From Chlamydiota bacterium (GTDB lineage Bacteria > Chlamydiota > Chlamydiia > Chlamydiales > RGXB01): a stretch of 26,551 nucleotides of DNA. A program made the translations under genes and the position numbers. Under the pieces are notes generated by a model that worked only from the letters and a program-made list of their open reading frames with translations, was not told the DNA's origin and made no database searches. Shown piece by piece: positions 1-10,206 of the stretch (its first letter is position 1; each line of letters starts with the position of its first letter). The DNA lies in contig CANLTW010000017.1 in assembly GCA_947494155.1 (NCBI GenBank), forward strand, positions 1-26,551, written 5' to 3'.

Positions 1-94
1 TAAAATATATTTTTTTAGGAGAAAGTTAACGTATTGAAAATTAGAGGAATAGAAATATCGGCAGGATAAATAGAAAAATAAACTTAAAAAAAGA

Positions 95-1312
95 TTATGA
101 GCAGCTGTTTTTAGGGTTTTTTAGAACAAAAAGCCAAAGGGCACTAAAAGTGGCAAAAAAAGCGGAAAAAATAATAGGAGAGGTGTAGCTGATGTTGGCT
201 AAAATGCCACAAAGAACAGCGCTAAAAGCCTCGGAAAAGACAACGCAGGACTGATTGATACCCAAAGCAATTCCCTGATCTTCAACGCTTACCGCATCAG
301 AAACCAGGATTGCCAGATAGGTGGTTCCTACAGCAATAAAAAAGCTTGGGGGAATCAGGGAAAAGAGGAGGTAAAAGGTCGAGTTGCTCAAGAGGACAAA
401 AAGGATCGAGAGGGTAAGCAAAAAGCCGGCTACTTGAGCGATACGTTTATTAGTCAGCCGCTTACTTATGGCGCCATAGAAGAGGGGGGCAAAACAGAAT
501 GGAATAGAGGTGTAACCCTCAAACAGAGCGATTACGGGTGGGGAAAACTCGAATCTTTTGATTAAAAGAAGGGGTAAGAAGCTGAAGAAGGCTGTAAAAG
601 AGAGGTAAAAAAACGTCCCCCCAATAAAAATCTGGTTCAGCTGGGGCGTAGGGGCGCTCTGGTATTTTTTTGTAGCGGTCACTTTGGAAACATCGGGGAG
701 GGTTTCAACGAAAAAAAGCATAACAAGTGCCAACGTAATAAAAGAAATAAAGCTGGCTAACCAAAAAGGGGTAGCAAAATTAAACCAGGTCACAATTTCT
801 GGATTAATAACGGCCGCCCCTATGAAGGGGCCAACCATCCAGCCCAAGTTGGAAAAGGTGATAACCCAGCCGAAATTGAACGTTTTTTCACTGTTATTTT
901 CTGATATATCGGCCATTGATGCGGTAGCGATTACCACATTCCCTTCAAAAAGGCCGGTCAAAAAGCGGCTCACAAAAAGGAGGAGGGGCTGTTTCCAGGT
1001 GATGGCAAGCCCCCCTAAAAGATATGCGGGAATCACGGGTAAAAGAGTATAGATGAGGATGTTTCTTCGCCCTAACTTGTCGGACAGCTTCCCTAAAATG
1101 GGGGAGCCAATCAGTTGTCCCAAAGGAAAGCAGGCGATGAGGAGGCCCACAAGAATATATCGTGTTGATTCGGATACCGCAGGATCTAACAGAGTATCTG
1201 TGGATATGAGCAAAGGGGTCAATATGGGAAGCACCATAGAATAACCTGTGTATCCCATCAAAAGGACAATAGCTATCGTAAAAAGCTGTAAGTAGTGTTT
1301 ATGACGGTGCAA
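95..1312 (-). CDS. MFS transporter, DHA1/TetA-like drug:H+ antiporter family
   Basis: 405 aa, about 12 hydrophobic segments, MFS motif A (GKLSDKLGRR) and the SRFLTGLFEG segment. TTG start, exact start uncertain. Confidence 0.9.
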   Translation of the reverse strand: MHRHKHYLQLFTIAIVLLMGYTGYSMVLPILTPLLISTDTLLDPAVSESTRYILVGLLIACFPLGQLIGSPILGKLSDKLGRRNILIYTLLPVIPAYLLGGLAITWKQPLLLFVSRFLTGLFEGNVVIATASMADISENNSEKTFNFGWVITFSNLGWMVGPFIGAAVINPEIVTWFNFATPFWLASFISFITLALVMLFFVETLPDVSKVTATKKYQSAPTPQLNQIFIGGTFFYLSFTAFFSFLPLLLIKRFEFSPPVIALFEGYTSIPFCFAPLFYGAISKRLTNKRIAQVAGFLLTLSILFVLLSNSTFYLLFSLIPPSFFIAVGTTYLAILVSDAVSVEDQGIALGINQSCVVFSEAFSAVLCGILANISYTSPIIFSAFFATFSALWLFVLKNPKNSCS

Positions 1313-1472
1313 ACAGTATCTTCTTCTATCTAAAAAAACTCTCTTATCGCTTCATAAAAGAAAAAACAGCTAAACGCAAATGTTTTGTTTATTTTTTTAC
1401 AAAAACGTTTTATCTTAATACCCTTTTCACCAGCCGAAAAAAACAGAATTTCAAAAAAGGGGAATCTATTAA

Positions 1473-1898
1473 GTGAAAACTAAACTGACAATTGACAATT
1501 TAGACCACACCCATTCTGTAACATTTGAAAAAATGGTAGATGCCAAGATTGCGTTTGAGGGTTTTGTCCCCCCCTTAAGCCCTTTTTCATCCTCAATAAG
1601 CGAACCTACTCTGTTCTCCCATTTGGATCAGCTTTTTGGCATTCAATCTTTTTTTCGAGCCTTTAGCAGATTCACCTTTCCCAGAGCTTTTGCCCGGATC
1701 CGCTTTCTTTTCACAAGCCGCATGATTGCAAGAATTTGCCCTCTTGCATGCATAGAGTGCATTCAGGACGTAATGCTTTTAACCCCCGAAAAGGAGAAAG
1801 AGGGGGAGATATTGTTAGAATGTTTTCAGGAGATTGAAGAAAAAGAGACCCTTTTAAAACAGATCACCTTAAGGATCCGCTCCCATCAAAGATCTTAA
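1473..1898 (+). CDS. Hypothetical protein, possibly a divergent chlamydial DUF5399/CT273-like protein
   Basis: 141 aa, GTG start with GGGGA upstream. The segments SHLDQLFG..AFSRF..P..F and EGEILLECF...QITLRI resemble my recollection of Chlamydia CT273; not verified by a search. Confidence 0.55.
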   Translation: MKTKLTIDNLDHTHSVTFEKMVDAKIAFEGFVPPLSPFSSSISEPTLFSHLDQLFGIQSFFRAFSRFTFPRAFARIRFLFTSRMIARICPLACIECIQDVMLLTPEKEKEGEILLECFQEIEEKETLLKQITLRIRSHQRS

Positions 1899-1935
1899 AG
1901 ACATCTTGATGCATGGGAGGCGACTACAGGGTTTT

Positions 1936-3255
1936 TCACCCCTGGCCTAAGGGGGTTTTTGTAAAATGGGTTGCATCCACAAGCTGTGGACGGACGAAAA
2001 TAAGGATACTCCGTTTTTCCTCTTTCTCCTCAGTTCGATTAAACAAAGAACCGATGTAGGGGAGTCCCCCAAGGCAGGGTATCCCAGAGGTCCTTTGGGT
2101 TTTGGAATTGCGAGCCATTCCGCTGAGCACCAGAAAATGGGCATTCGGAACATGCGCCGAGGTGGACATGTTCGTTTTTGTCGTTTGGATTCCAGAAAGT
2201 TGATAATCGGAATGGTGGGCAAGGGCCTCTGAGATCTCTTCAACGATGTTTAACGTGATCATATTGTCATCTCCAATAAGAGGAGTGATAAGGAGACTGA
2301 CTCCGACATCCTTGTAATCTATATTTGCTGTGGTTTGCTGCGCTTGTCCGGTGGTTGAAATCGTGGATCCTGTAAACGGGAGGTTGTCCCCAACGAATAT
2401 CTTGGAGGGTTTATTGTCCTGGGCTATCACTTTTTGGTTTAGGACAATCTTCACATCCGAATCTTGCTGCAAGGCCGATACTAAAGATGTGATACTTAGG
2501 TAGCTTTCCCCTTTATGCCGAATAAGGTCCCCAATAATCCCTAAATTGAGCCCAAAAGGGTTTTTGGGGATAAGTGTTTGGGTCAGGTTCGGAAGCAAGC
2601 GCCCTTTTTTCGTCTCAAAACTCCAGTCGAGCCCGAAATCCAAACCCTTATGCATGCTTGTGTCGATCACGAGAATCTCAATAAAAACCTGCTTTAGTGG
2701 TGCATCAAGCCGTTTAATAAACGCCTCAACCTCGCTAAAAACTTGTTGCGGGGCTGTAAAAACTATCGAATTTGTGGAGCGTACCCACTGCGTAGACTCT
2801 AGCGCTTTTTTCAGCAATTCTTGCTCGTGGTTCAAAGCATGAGATGCCTGTTTGATCGCATCAATCACCTCCGAGCCTGGATGGAATTGCAATTTCACTA
2901 TATGGAACTGATTCAAAGTTGCGGGTTTTATCTCTTTCGGTTCAAGATCGCATTTTTTTTGGATGTGAAAAACGGAGCCCTTTTTTTCCATCACCAGATC
3001 ATGACTCAAAAGAATCTGCTCAAAATGGGGTAAAAGCTCCTCTTGCTTGAGCCTTTTATGGCAGACAAAGTGGATAGTGTGTTTCCCGATATCCTCTTTG
3101 AAAACAAAATTTGTTTGGAGGATTTTTCCTAAAAACCTTGATAGCTCTTTAATTTCTATGCTATCGAAATTTATCAAAATCCCTTTCTCTCCATTTTCGG
3201 AAGAAATTAGGTTCAAATGAAAAAACGTTAAGAGTAAAGGAAGTATCCATTTCAT
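1936..3255 (-). CDS. Secretin (GspD/PulD-type type II/III secretion outer-membrane pore), short form
   Basis: Signal-like N-terminus MKWILPLLLTFF (ATG at 3255 preferred to 3291). N0-like INFDSIEIKELSRFLGK; secretin-domain motifs LDAPLKQVFIE, YKDVGVSLLITP, GIPCLGGLPYIGSLF and ILIFVRP. Confidence 0.9.
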   Translation of the reverse strand: MKWILPLLLTFFHLNLISSENGEKGILINFDSIEIKELSRFLGKILQTNFVFKEDIGKHTIHFVCHKRLKQEELLPHFEQILLSHDLVMEKKGSVFHIQKKCDLEPKEIKPATLNQFHIVKLQFHPGSEVIDAIKQASHALNHEQELLKKALESTQWVRSTNSIVFTAPQQVFSEVEAFIKRLDAPLKQVFIEILVIDTSMHKGLDFGLDWSFETKKGRLLPNLTQTLIPKNPFGLNLGIIGDLIRHKGESYLSITSLVSALQQDSDVKIVLNQKVIAQDNKPSKIFVGDNLPFTGSTISTTGQAQQTTANIDYKDVGVSLLITPLIGDDNMITLNIVEEISEALAHHSDYQLSGIQTTKTNMSTSAHVPNAHFLVLSGMARNSKTQRTSGIPCLGGLPYIGSLFNRTEEKEEKRSILIFVRPQLVDATHFTKTPLGQG

Positions 3256-3358
3256 GTGTCTAGTTCGCGTTAGAAGCAGGAATAATAACAAAAAAAATAG
3301 ATATCTTCGAGGTTTATTTTAAGCTTTGTTTAGCGAAAAATAAGGAAAGAAAAAGGGT

Positions 3359-4918
3359 TTAGGGATTACTGAAAAAGGAAAACTCTTTTTTCAGGCATGC
3401 CTGTTCCATTTCCCCCTTTATAGAATGGCCTGCCCCTTTTAGAATCTCATAGGAAAGTGAAAAAGAAGCACGATCCAAGCAGGCGACATATCTATCAGTT
3501 TTCTCCTTAGCAACAATCAAGTCCTTATCCCCTTGAAAAAGGATTGTTGGGGTACGTAATTTGCACATTTGTTTAAAAAAGTCGGCACCTTTTGGAAACA
3601 GATAGATGAGCTCTTCATCATGGGGATCATTTACGGTCACGGGGCAATAGATAGCCAATTTCTGTACCTCTTCTTGTATAGAGCTTAGAATAGCCGTTAG
3701 GCCTGCTGAGCTCTTCCCTTTAAGAAAGATATTCGAACTTTTAACGCCCTGATTTTTTAGTTCCCTGATCAGATGGACAACATCCTCTACATCAGCGTTG
3801 CCGTAGTTGTTTAGGAGTGCCATCCGATGGTTTCGCCCGTAACCTGTACTTCCTCTGTAATTAGGTAACAGAACCTGGTAACCCAACTCAACGGCCATCT
3901 CGATCTCTTGGGTAACCACTCTCTCGGTATGGACAATAGGCCCCGAATGGATGCGGATCAAAGTGGGCTTATTGGGATCAAACTTTCCAGTAATCCACCC
4001 CTTTCCCCAATGGAAAGGCAAAGGTTCAAGAGTCGAGGGCGAGTAATTTTTGGTTTCTTTGTAGGGGCTAAAATTCCCTTGTATATCCAAAACCGCTTGG
4101 ATGTCGAACACCCAGTTTTTCCCCTCAAGCGGCTTTTCGGCTTTGAGCAGGGTAAATTCCCCGCTAGCGGTTCTCCCTGATACAAAAAGTTGCCGTGTAT
4201 CGGCGAACATTTCGTCGATGGAGGTTAAAGGGAGCGCTATTTTTTCCAAGCCGTTCTTTTCCCAAACGTAAAGGCCATCCTCTCCCTGATGTGTGAATAG
4301 GAGAAAAAAGGTGTTTTTAAAAAAAAGGGAGTTTTTAGCGCCAAGGGGCCTTCTTTTAAACCCGTCAAGACCTTTTTCGGCTAGAATCGGATCGGTTTCC
4401 GACAAAAAGAAGGGGGAGCCATCCTCTTGAAATCCATAGTGGGTCACTAAAGATTCCCCTTGATAGAGGGGTGTTTTATTTTTTGAGGAGATGTCTAGCA
4501 AGCTAAGGGCTGTTTTATCATAAAAAGAGGCCCCTTCTACACTCTCATGGAGGAGAATTTGGGTTTCTAAAGGGGAAACGCTAAAACCTAATAGAGAGGT
4601 TTCGGTTTGGTAGAGAACCTCTTTACCCCCTTTACAAATCCGGTAGAGATTCTTGGCGTCCATCCCGTACGCTCTTTGCTTGCCCCCTTCAAGAAATACA
4701 CATTCCTCATCAAAATGGGGTCCCTCATCAGTAAAAGCATAAGGGCAACCGAAGGTAAATAGGGGGTGATAAAGGGACTCAAGATCCTTTTTGAAAGGGG
4801 TTATCGACCCGTTCTCCCAAAAAAAAAGGGTGCGTGACAGGGTATCTACAAAAAAGATTTTTCCCTGGTTTATCCGAAAAAAGGAGGGGATTTTCATTGT
4901 GAAAGGGGTCAATTTCAT
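3359..4918 (-). CDS. S9 (prolyl oligopeptidase/acylaminoacyl peptidase) family serine peptidase
   Basis: HSGP, NYRGSTGYG, nucleophile elbow GKSSAG, Asp in GDKDLIV and His in GAGHSI. The ATG at 4918 forms an ATGA overlap with the upstream stop. Confidence 0.88.
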   Translation of the reverse strand: MKLTPFTMKIPSFFRINQGKIFFVDTLSRTLFFWENGSITPFKKDLESLYHPLFTFGCPYAFTDEGPHFDEECVFLEGGKQRAYGMDAKNLYRICKGGKEVLYQTETSLLGFSVSPLETQILLHESVEGASFYDKTALSLLDISSKNKTPLYQGESLVTHYGFQEDGSPFFLSETDPILAEKGLDGFKRRPLGAKNSLFFKNTFFLLFTHQGEDGLYVWEKNGLEKIALPLTSIDEMFADTRQLFVSGRTASGEFTLLKAEKPLEGKNWVFDIQAVLDIQGNFSPYKETKNYSPSTLEPLPFHWGKGWITGKFDPNKPTLIRIHSGPIVHTERVVTQEIEMAVELGYQVLLPNYRGSTGYGRNHRMALLNNYGNADVEDVVHLIRELKNQGVKSSNIFLKGKSSAGLTAILSSIQEEVQKLAIYCPVTVNDPHDEELIYLFPKGADFFKQMCKLRTPTILFQGDKDLIVAKEKTDRYVACLDRASFSLSYEILKGAGHSIKGEMEQACLKKEFSFFSNP

Positions 4919-6852
4919 GCCATTTCTAAAACAGTTTGATGTCTTTGCTCTTCGATTAACTGGGTAAAACAATCCCGAATTTTTGGGATAATCGATTCCT
5001 CAAAGTGGCGTAATATTAGCCCCATAGCGCTAATACCGTATTGGTCAAAATGGGTTAGCGCTAATTGTGAAGAGGGGATCTTGAGTTTTTCTAGCGATTG
5101 TTTGAACCGGTTTTTAAATTGAATATCGTTATTAGCAACACCTATGATCAGAGTATCTCCGTGCACCTGATGCTCAAAAAACCCGTTTTCAGTCGATTGA
5201 TCGGTTGCTTTGGTAAGGAGTAAAAAAAGTCTTTTCAGAATATTAGGTTGCAGCACGCCCTGCATATAGCTTGGGGTAATTGCATGAAAAAACCGCTCTA
5301 AAAGAATTTCGGATCCTACGGTATAGGGTTTCACCTGTTTTTTAAAGTCTAAAAGGATTTCACTTTTTTTCAAAATAAGCCCCCCATTGTAGTCTCTAAA
5401 AGGGCCTATGAGTTCAAATAGCCGCATCGAGGCGGCTTTTCTTGCATCAAAAAGGTCTATGGAGCGGTCTTTACGAATGAATGGGGCCTTATCAATCATA
5501 AGCTCAAACACAAAAGCCTCTTTTGGATACTTAGAGCGTAAGTTCCCCATCATCCTTTTTTCGATATTTTCAACGGGGATATGTAAAGAGCGCCCCCTAT
5601 TGAGAGCAACAACAATGGTGGTAAAACTTAAAGAGTGGGGGGACTGTTTGTAAAAATTCAGCATCACTTGGGGAATATCGTCCACATATTTGAGCTCTTT
5701 GCTCAAAAGGATCATGTGTTTCATCACCTCTTCTTCATTCCGTGGCATAAAAATGGGTAGTACCGGCCTAAAGATCCTCTCATCCACCTCGAAGGGGAGC
5801 TTTTTTTTCAGGTTGTTGAGCGTGCTTTTTCCGAACTCTCCATCTTTTGTGATTTCAATATATAGACTTTTCAATCCCTCATGGGGTCTGAAGTGGACAA
5901 ATCGGGAATTCGACAGGAGCTTACAGTCGAAAAGGATGGCATTAACCGCTTCAAAAAGACCGCTGCAATCTAAGTTTTCAGACGGAGACTTGAAACGGAT
6001 TACGGCAAGAATCCCTAAGGAATGGGTCGATTCCTCTCTTTTATGGTGCGGTTTTAAAAATTTGATCTCCAAAGGTGCGGAGTCTTTCATCTCTTTGAGG
6101 ATACAGGTTTTTCTTAAAAGATAGATTTCTGCCAAAAGACGGCTAATAAAATGATTTGAGCGCTCTTTTAAAAACTCCTCTTTCATCGAGAAAATAAGCT
6201 GTTGAAGCTCTTGGAAAATCTCTCTGGAAAAAACCTCCGGAGAGATTTTTTTTGTCGCTAAAATCTTTTGGGTCAGTTCGGTCAGATGTTCACTCTCACG
6301 ATTTGTTCCCAAAAGGGTATGAATCCCCTCGACCCCTTTTATTTCGACGGTATCCTTCATCTTCTCCTGAATCAGATGGTTTTTTTCTTCAAACGAGAGA
6401 GGGGTATTTCTAAAGATATCTCTTAGGTAGCGGACCGCTTCAATATTCAAACGGATCTCTTGGGGAAGATCTTTGAGCGTGTTTAAAGCGATTTCTAGAT
6501 CCTCGATGCTCTCCAGGCGCGCATAGACTTTGTGCAAAAAATACCCCTCATTTTCGAGCCTATCTATCTTGAAAGCCATCGAGTAAGAGGAGGTAAGATT
6601 CACAAGCTTTCCGGGAACAAGGGAGCGCGAGCAGACATCATTCATGTAGCGGCCCACACCCAGAGTGTTCTCTTGGGAACAGACGAGAACAATCCCTAAA
6701 GTGAGCCCGTGATTCGTCCAAATTACGCGGCTCTCTACGGTGCTGGGGATCTTTTCAGGGTAGAGTTCTTTAAGAGTCGCTTTGACCGACTCCAAGTGGT
6801 GATAAGAGGCCGGATCATGCTCTGGCAGGTCAAATAGAGGAATTATCTTCAT
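4915..6852 (-). CDS. Large hypothetical protein translationally coupled to oppA
   Basis: 645-aa soluble-looking ORF with ATGA overlaps at both ends (6849-6852 and 4915-4918). No catalytic motif recognised. Confidence 0.8.
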   Translation of the reverse strand: MKIIPLFDLPEHDPASYHHLESVKATLKELYPEKIPSTVESRVIWTNHGLTLGIVLVCSQENTLGVGRYMNDVCSRSLVPGKLVNLTSSYSMAFKIDRLENEGYFLHKVYARLESIEDLEIALNTLKDLPQEIRLNIEAVRYLRDIFRNTPLSFEEKNHLIQEKMKDTVEIKGVEGIHTLLGTNRESEHLTELTQKILATKKISPEVFSREIFQELQQLIFSMKEEFLKERSNHFISRLLAEIYLLRKTCILKEMKDSAPLEIKFLKPHHKREESTHSLGILAVIRFKSPSENLDCSGLFEAVNAILFDCKLLSNSRFVHFRPHEGLKSLYIEITKDGEFGKSTLNNLKKKLPFEVDERIFRPVLPIFMPRNEEEVMKHMILLSKELKYVDDIPQVMLNFYKQSPHSLSFTTIVVALNRGRSLHIPVENIEKRMMGNLRSKYPKEAFVFELMIDKAPFIRKDRSIDLFDARKAASMRLFELIGPFRDYNGGLILKKSEILLDFKKQVKPYTVGSEILLERFFHAITPSYMQGVLQPNILKRLFLLLTKATDQSTENGFFEHQVHGDTLIIGVANNDIQFKNRFKQSLEKLKIPSSQLALTHFDQYGISAMGLILRHFEESIIPKIRDCFTQLIEEQRHQTVLEMA

Positions 6853-8405
6853 AGGATCTCCACCTCCTCAAGAAAAAGCCACCCGCTCGGAAACGATTTT
6901 AAATTTTTGATTTTTTTGGAAACAACATAACCATTACGACAGTGGTACAACGGGAAGAGATTGGCCGATTCGATAAGAATTTTTTCCGCTTGTGCCAGAA
7001 GCTTTTCCCGTTCCTTTGACGAGTATGTCTGATTGGCTCTTTCCAAAAGGGAGCTGTAGAGCGGATCTTCAAAAGCGGGATAATTTCTTAAGTTCGTTTT
7101 GCTTTTAAAGCGCTCCAAATAGGCTAAAGGATCAAGATATTGCGCCAATATAAAACTGCCGGATATATCAAAATCCCGTTTATGAAGACGATCCAGGTAG
7201 ACTTTATGTTCCAACTGCTCCATTTGTATGTGAATGTCTAAACTGACACGCAGCTGCTCTTGAATTGCTTGCCCGATTTGTGAGAATACTCCGTCTACGG
7301 AGTAAGGTGAGTAGGTAAAGCGGATTTTCAAATCCTCTTTGGATAGCTGCAATTCCTCAAGAGCCTCTTTGAAAAGCTCACGTGCTTTTTTTCGATCTGT
7401 AATCCAGACATATTGGCTCTCTTTCCCCTTCTGGAGCATAGGCGGTAAAAGACTTGTCGCCACTGTTTCGTTCAAAAAAGTGAGGTTCTCTACCAGATCT
7501 TTGCGGTCGATAGAAAGGAGGAAAGCCTGCCGTAATTTTTCATTTTTGAAATATTTTGAAAGGTTATTAAAACACAAAAATACAGTGCCAGCCGTGTCGA
7601 GCGATTCTAATTCGTACTGTTTTTTGATTATCGGAAGCGAATCGGGCGGAAGGGTTGTGAAAGGGGGGCCGAGAATATCTATTTCTCCCCGTTCAAACAT
7701 CTCTAAAGCTGTCACCGAATCATCGACAAGAAAAATTTGGATTTGTTCTAGTTTGACTTTTTCTGTCCCCCAGTATGTGGGGTTTTTTTCCAAGTCAATA
7801 TGGTCTTTCGTTTTATAGTCTTTCAATCGATAGGGTCCGCTGTAAAGCGGAATCGAGGATTCAAGCTCTTTATAGGGGAAAAAAGTACAAAACGCCGTGA
7901 GCTCAAGAAAGTAGGGGGCTGGGTGCTTAAGATCCACTCTTAACGTGTAGGCATCAATCGCCTTGATACCTATATTTTCTTTTGTACCTATCCCTTTTTT
8001 AGAGTCTTCAGCCCCAACGATGGAATAGAAAAGGTCGGCGCGGGGGCAGGGGAACTTCGGATCTAAAATCTCTTTCCAGGAGCGCTCAAAATCATAGGCC
8101 GTGATAGGGGTATGATCGGACCAAAACGCTTTTTTAAGGTGGAATATATAGGTAAGCCCCCTGTTTTGCACTTCAAACCTTTCGGCAAGCGCCGGTTCAT
8201 AAATGGCATTTGGTGTGCAGCGCATCAGACCCTCGTACAAAAAGAAGGTCAAGGTCGAGGAGGAAAAATCACCGGCCTTACGCGGATCGAGGGTACTGGG
8301 ATCCTGGCTGATATTTAAATGCAGGGGTCTAGTTGTCGGGGGAGCGGGTGATCTAGAGCAGCCCGAAAGTATCAGAAAAAAAGAAATGCTAAGATACTTG
8401 AACAT
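6849..8405 (-). CDS. oppA: Oligopeptide ABC transporter substrate-binding lipoprotein (SBP family 5)
   Basis: Lipobox LILSGC after the ATG at 8405. Motifs DPSTLDPR, LYEGL, WSDHTPITAYDF, YSGPY, EKNPTYWG and LRQAFLLSIDR. Confidence 0.92.
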   Translation of the reverse strand: MFKYLSISFFLILSGCSRSPAPPTTRPLHLNISQDPSTLDPRKAGDFSSSTLTFFLYEGLMRCTPNAIYEPALAERFEVQNRGLTYIFHLKKAFWSDHTPITAYDFERSWKEILDPKFPCPRADLFYSIVGAEDSKKGIGTKENIGIKAIDAYTLRVDLKHPAPYFLELTAFCTFFPYKELESSIPLYSGPYRLKDYKTKDHIDLEKNPTYWGTEKVKLEQIQIFLVDDSVTALEMFERGEIDILGPPFTTLPPDSLPIIKKQYELESLDTAGTVFLCFNNLSKYFKNEKLRQAFLLSIDRKDLVENLTFLNETVATSLLPPMLQKGKESQYVWITDRKKARELFKEALEELQLSKEDLKIRFTYSPYSVDGVFSQIGQAIQEQLRVSLDIHIQMEQLEHKVYLDRLHKRDFDISGSFILAQYLDPLAYLERFKSKTNLRNYPAFEDPLYSSLLERANQTYSSKEREKLLAQAEKILIESANLFPLYHCRNGYVVSKKIKNLKSFPSGWLFLEEVEIL

Positions 8406-8498
8406 TTCTGCATTTAAACAGAACCTTAAAGCAAATGTCAATCTTTTTTTAATACATGAAAAAGAATCTTTTAAGATTTTTCTATCCAACCAGTGAAG

Positions 8499-10094
8499 TC
8501 AAGAATTATTGCTATCTTTAAAATGGATCCATTGGAGGTGGGGACTGCCTATCGGCGATATATAAAACCCCTCAACCTGGTCTTGTTCCATAAACACGTA
8601 ATTTCCATGGTAAATGGGAGTCAGGGGGACCTCATCGACCAAAATTTGCTCCGCTTTTTCTAAAAGACAAGCCCTTTCGATAGGATCAAAAGTGGTCTCG
8701 GATTGCTCTAAAAGGAGAGCAAAATCCCTATTTTTCCATCCGGGATAATTGCGGAAATTTTTTCTGTTTTTAAACCTTTCTAAAATGGAGTACTGATCAT
8801 TATACATCGCAATCCACAGGAATTGTCCGAATTGGTATTGCTTATTATTGAGCAAAGAGAGGAAAGTCTTAAATTCGGTACCTACGATCTTGACCTCAAC
8901 ATCTAAAATATCTCTAAAATTTTCTTGAAGTGTCTGAGCGATCCGATCGTGGCAACCGAAGATGGGGTAGTGGTACGTCAAGGGGGGGAGAGACGTGAGG
9001 TTGAGCTCTTGTAGCCCCTTCTTCAACTCTTTTTTTGCCTCCGATGGATCGTAATTTTTAAAAAGCGCCCGATCCTCTTTTTTGAGAATAGGGGGGACAA
9101 ATCCTGTGGCGGCCAATTCCCCATTTTGCGTGATGTTTTCCACAATCGATTCCCTATTGATCGCCATACTAAACGCTTTTCGTATGTGGGCATTGTGGAA
9201 GGGAAAACTCGATACGTTGAAGGTGGTGAAAACGCTAAGGGCCAAATCCTTTTTTTGCAGGCGCTTTTTTTCTTTAAAGTCATGAATGGAGTCTACAGGG
9301 ATTGTGGTGAACGGGCCACCTATCAAATCGAGCTCATTTTGTTCGTAAAGATTGAGAGCTGTCGATTCATCCCTAATGAGGAGAATCTGCACCTCATGCG
9401 GTAGCACCTCGTTTTTAGCCCAGTAGGAGGCATTCTTTTGAAGAACGATCTTTTCATTCGGCAAAAAAGCCATGCATGTAAAGGGTCCGTTTGCAGGAGG
9501 CTGCTGCGTTTTTGACCATTTAGGATCGAGCTGGGCTTTCATTTTTGGTACCGGAAAGAAAACTGGGAAGCTTACCATCTGTAAGAAATAGGGGGCGGAG
9601 TGCTCCAGCTCCACTTGCAGGGTTTTCTCATCGATTGCTTTGACGCCAAAACAATCGGGTTCCAGTTCCCCCATTTTGATTTTTTCCCCATTTTTCACGA
9701 TGTAGAGCATGTGTGCGTTGGGGCATAAAAAGCTCGGTTTTATGCTCTCTTTCCAAGAGTATTCAAAATCATAGGCGGTCACTGGGGTTTTGTCGGACCA
9801 GAAAGCCTCCCTAAGTGAAAAGGTGTAAATCTTTTTGTCCTCTGAAATGTGTACCTCTTTTGCCATCCCGAATTCTCGAGTGGAATTTTTGGTGATACGC
9901 ATTAGACCCTCGTACAGCTGAAAATGTAATGCTGAGGAAAACTGGTCAGAGCTTTTTCTTGGGTCTAGTGTAGATGGGTCTTGCGTCATGTTAATGCGCA
10001 GAACGTGCTGGGCTAGCCGACTTTCTTTGGTTTCTCTGGTAAGATAAAAAAGGGTCATCGAAACAAGAGTTAAAGGTATCAAAGTACGAAACAT
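8499..10094 (-). CDS. oppA: Oligopeptide ABC transporter substrate-binding protein (SBP family 5), second paralog
   Basis: Motifs DPSTLDPRK, LYEGL, WSDKTPVTAYDF, NGPF, KNASYW and IRKAFSMAINR. N-terminal hydrophobic segment; ATG at 10094 preferred. Confidence 0.92.
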   Translation of the reverse strand: MFRTLIPLTLVSMTLFYLTRETKESRLAQHVLRINMTQDPSTLDPRKSSDQFSSALHFQLYEGLMRITKNSTREFGMAKEVHISEDKKIYTFSLREAFWSDKTPVTAYDFEYSWKESIKPSFLCPNAHMLYIVKNGEKIKMGELEPDCFGVKAIDEKTLQVELEHSAPYFLQMVSFPVFFPVPKMKAQLDPKWSKTQQPPANGPFTCMAFLPNEKIVLQKNASYWAKNEVLPHEVQILLIRDESTALNLYEQNELDLIGGPFTTIPVDSIHDFKEKKRLQKKDLALSVFTTFNVSSFPFHNAHIRKAFSMAINRESIVENITQNGELAATGFVPPILKKEDRALFKNYDPSEAKKELKKGLQELNLTSLPPLTYHYPIFGCHDRIAQTLQENFRDILDVEVKIVGTEFKTFLSLLNNKQYQFGQFLWIAMYNDQYSILERFKNRKNFRNYPGWKNRDFALLLEQSETTFDPIERACLLEKAEQILVDEVPLTPIYHGNYVFMEQDQVEGFYISPIGSPHLQWIHFKDSNNS

Positions 10095-10206
10095 GAAGAA
10101 AAAATAATACAAAAGAAGATTTTTTTGGACAACCCAAATATCAGATTCAAAGGGGAATAAAGGCCTCGATTTGACTTTAAACTTTTTTTACTTTATCGCT
10201 GAGAAA

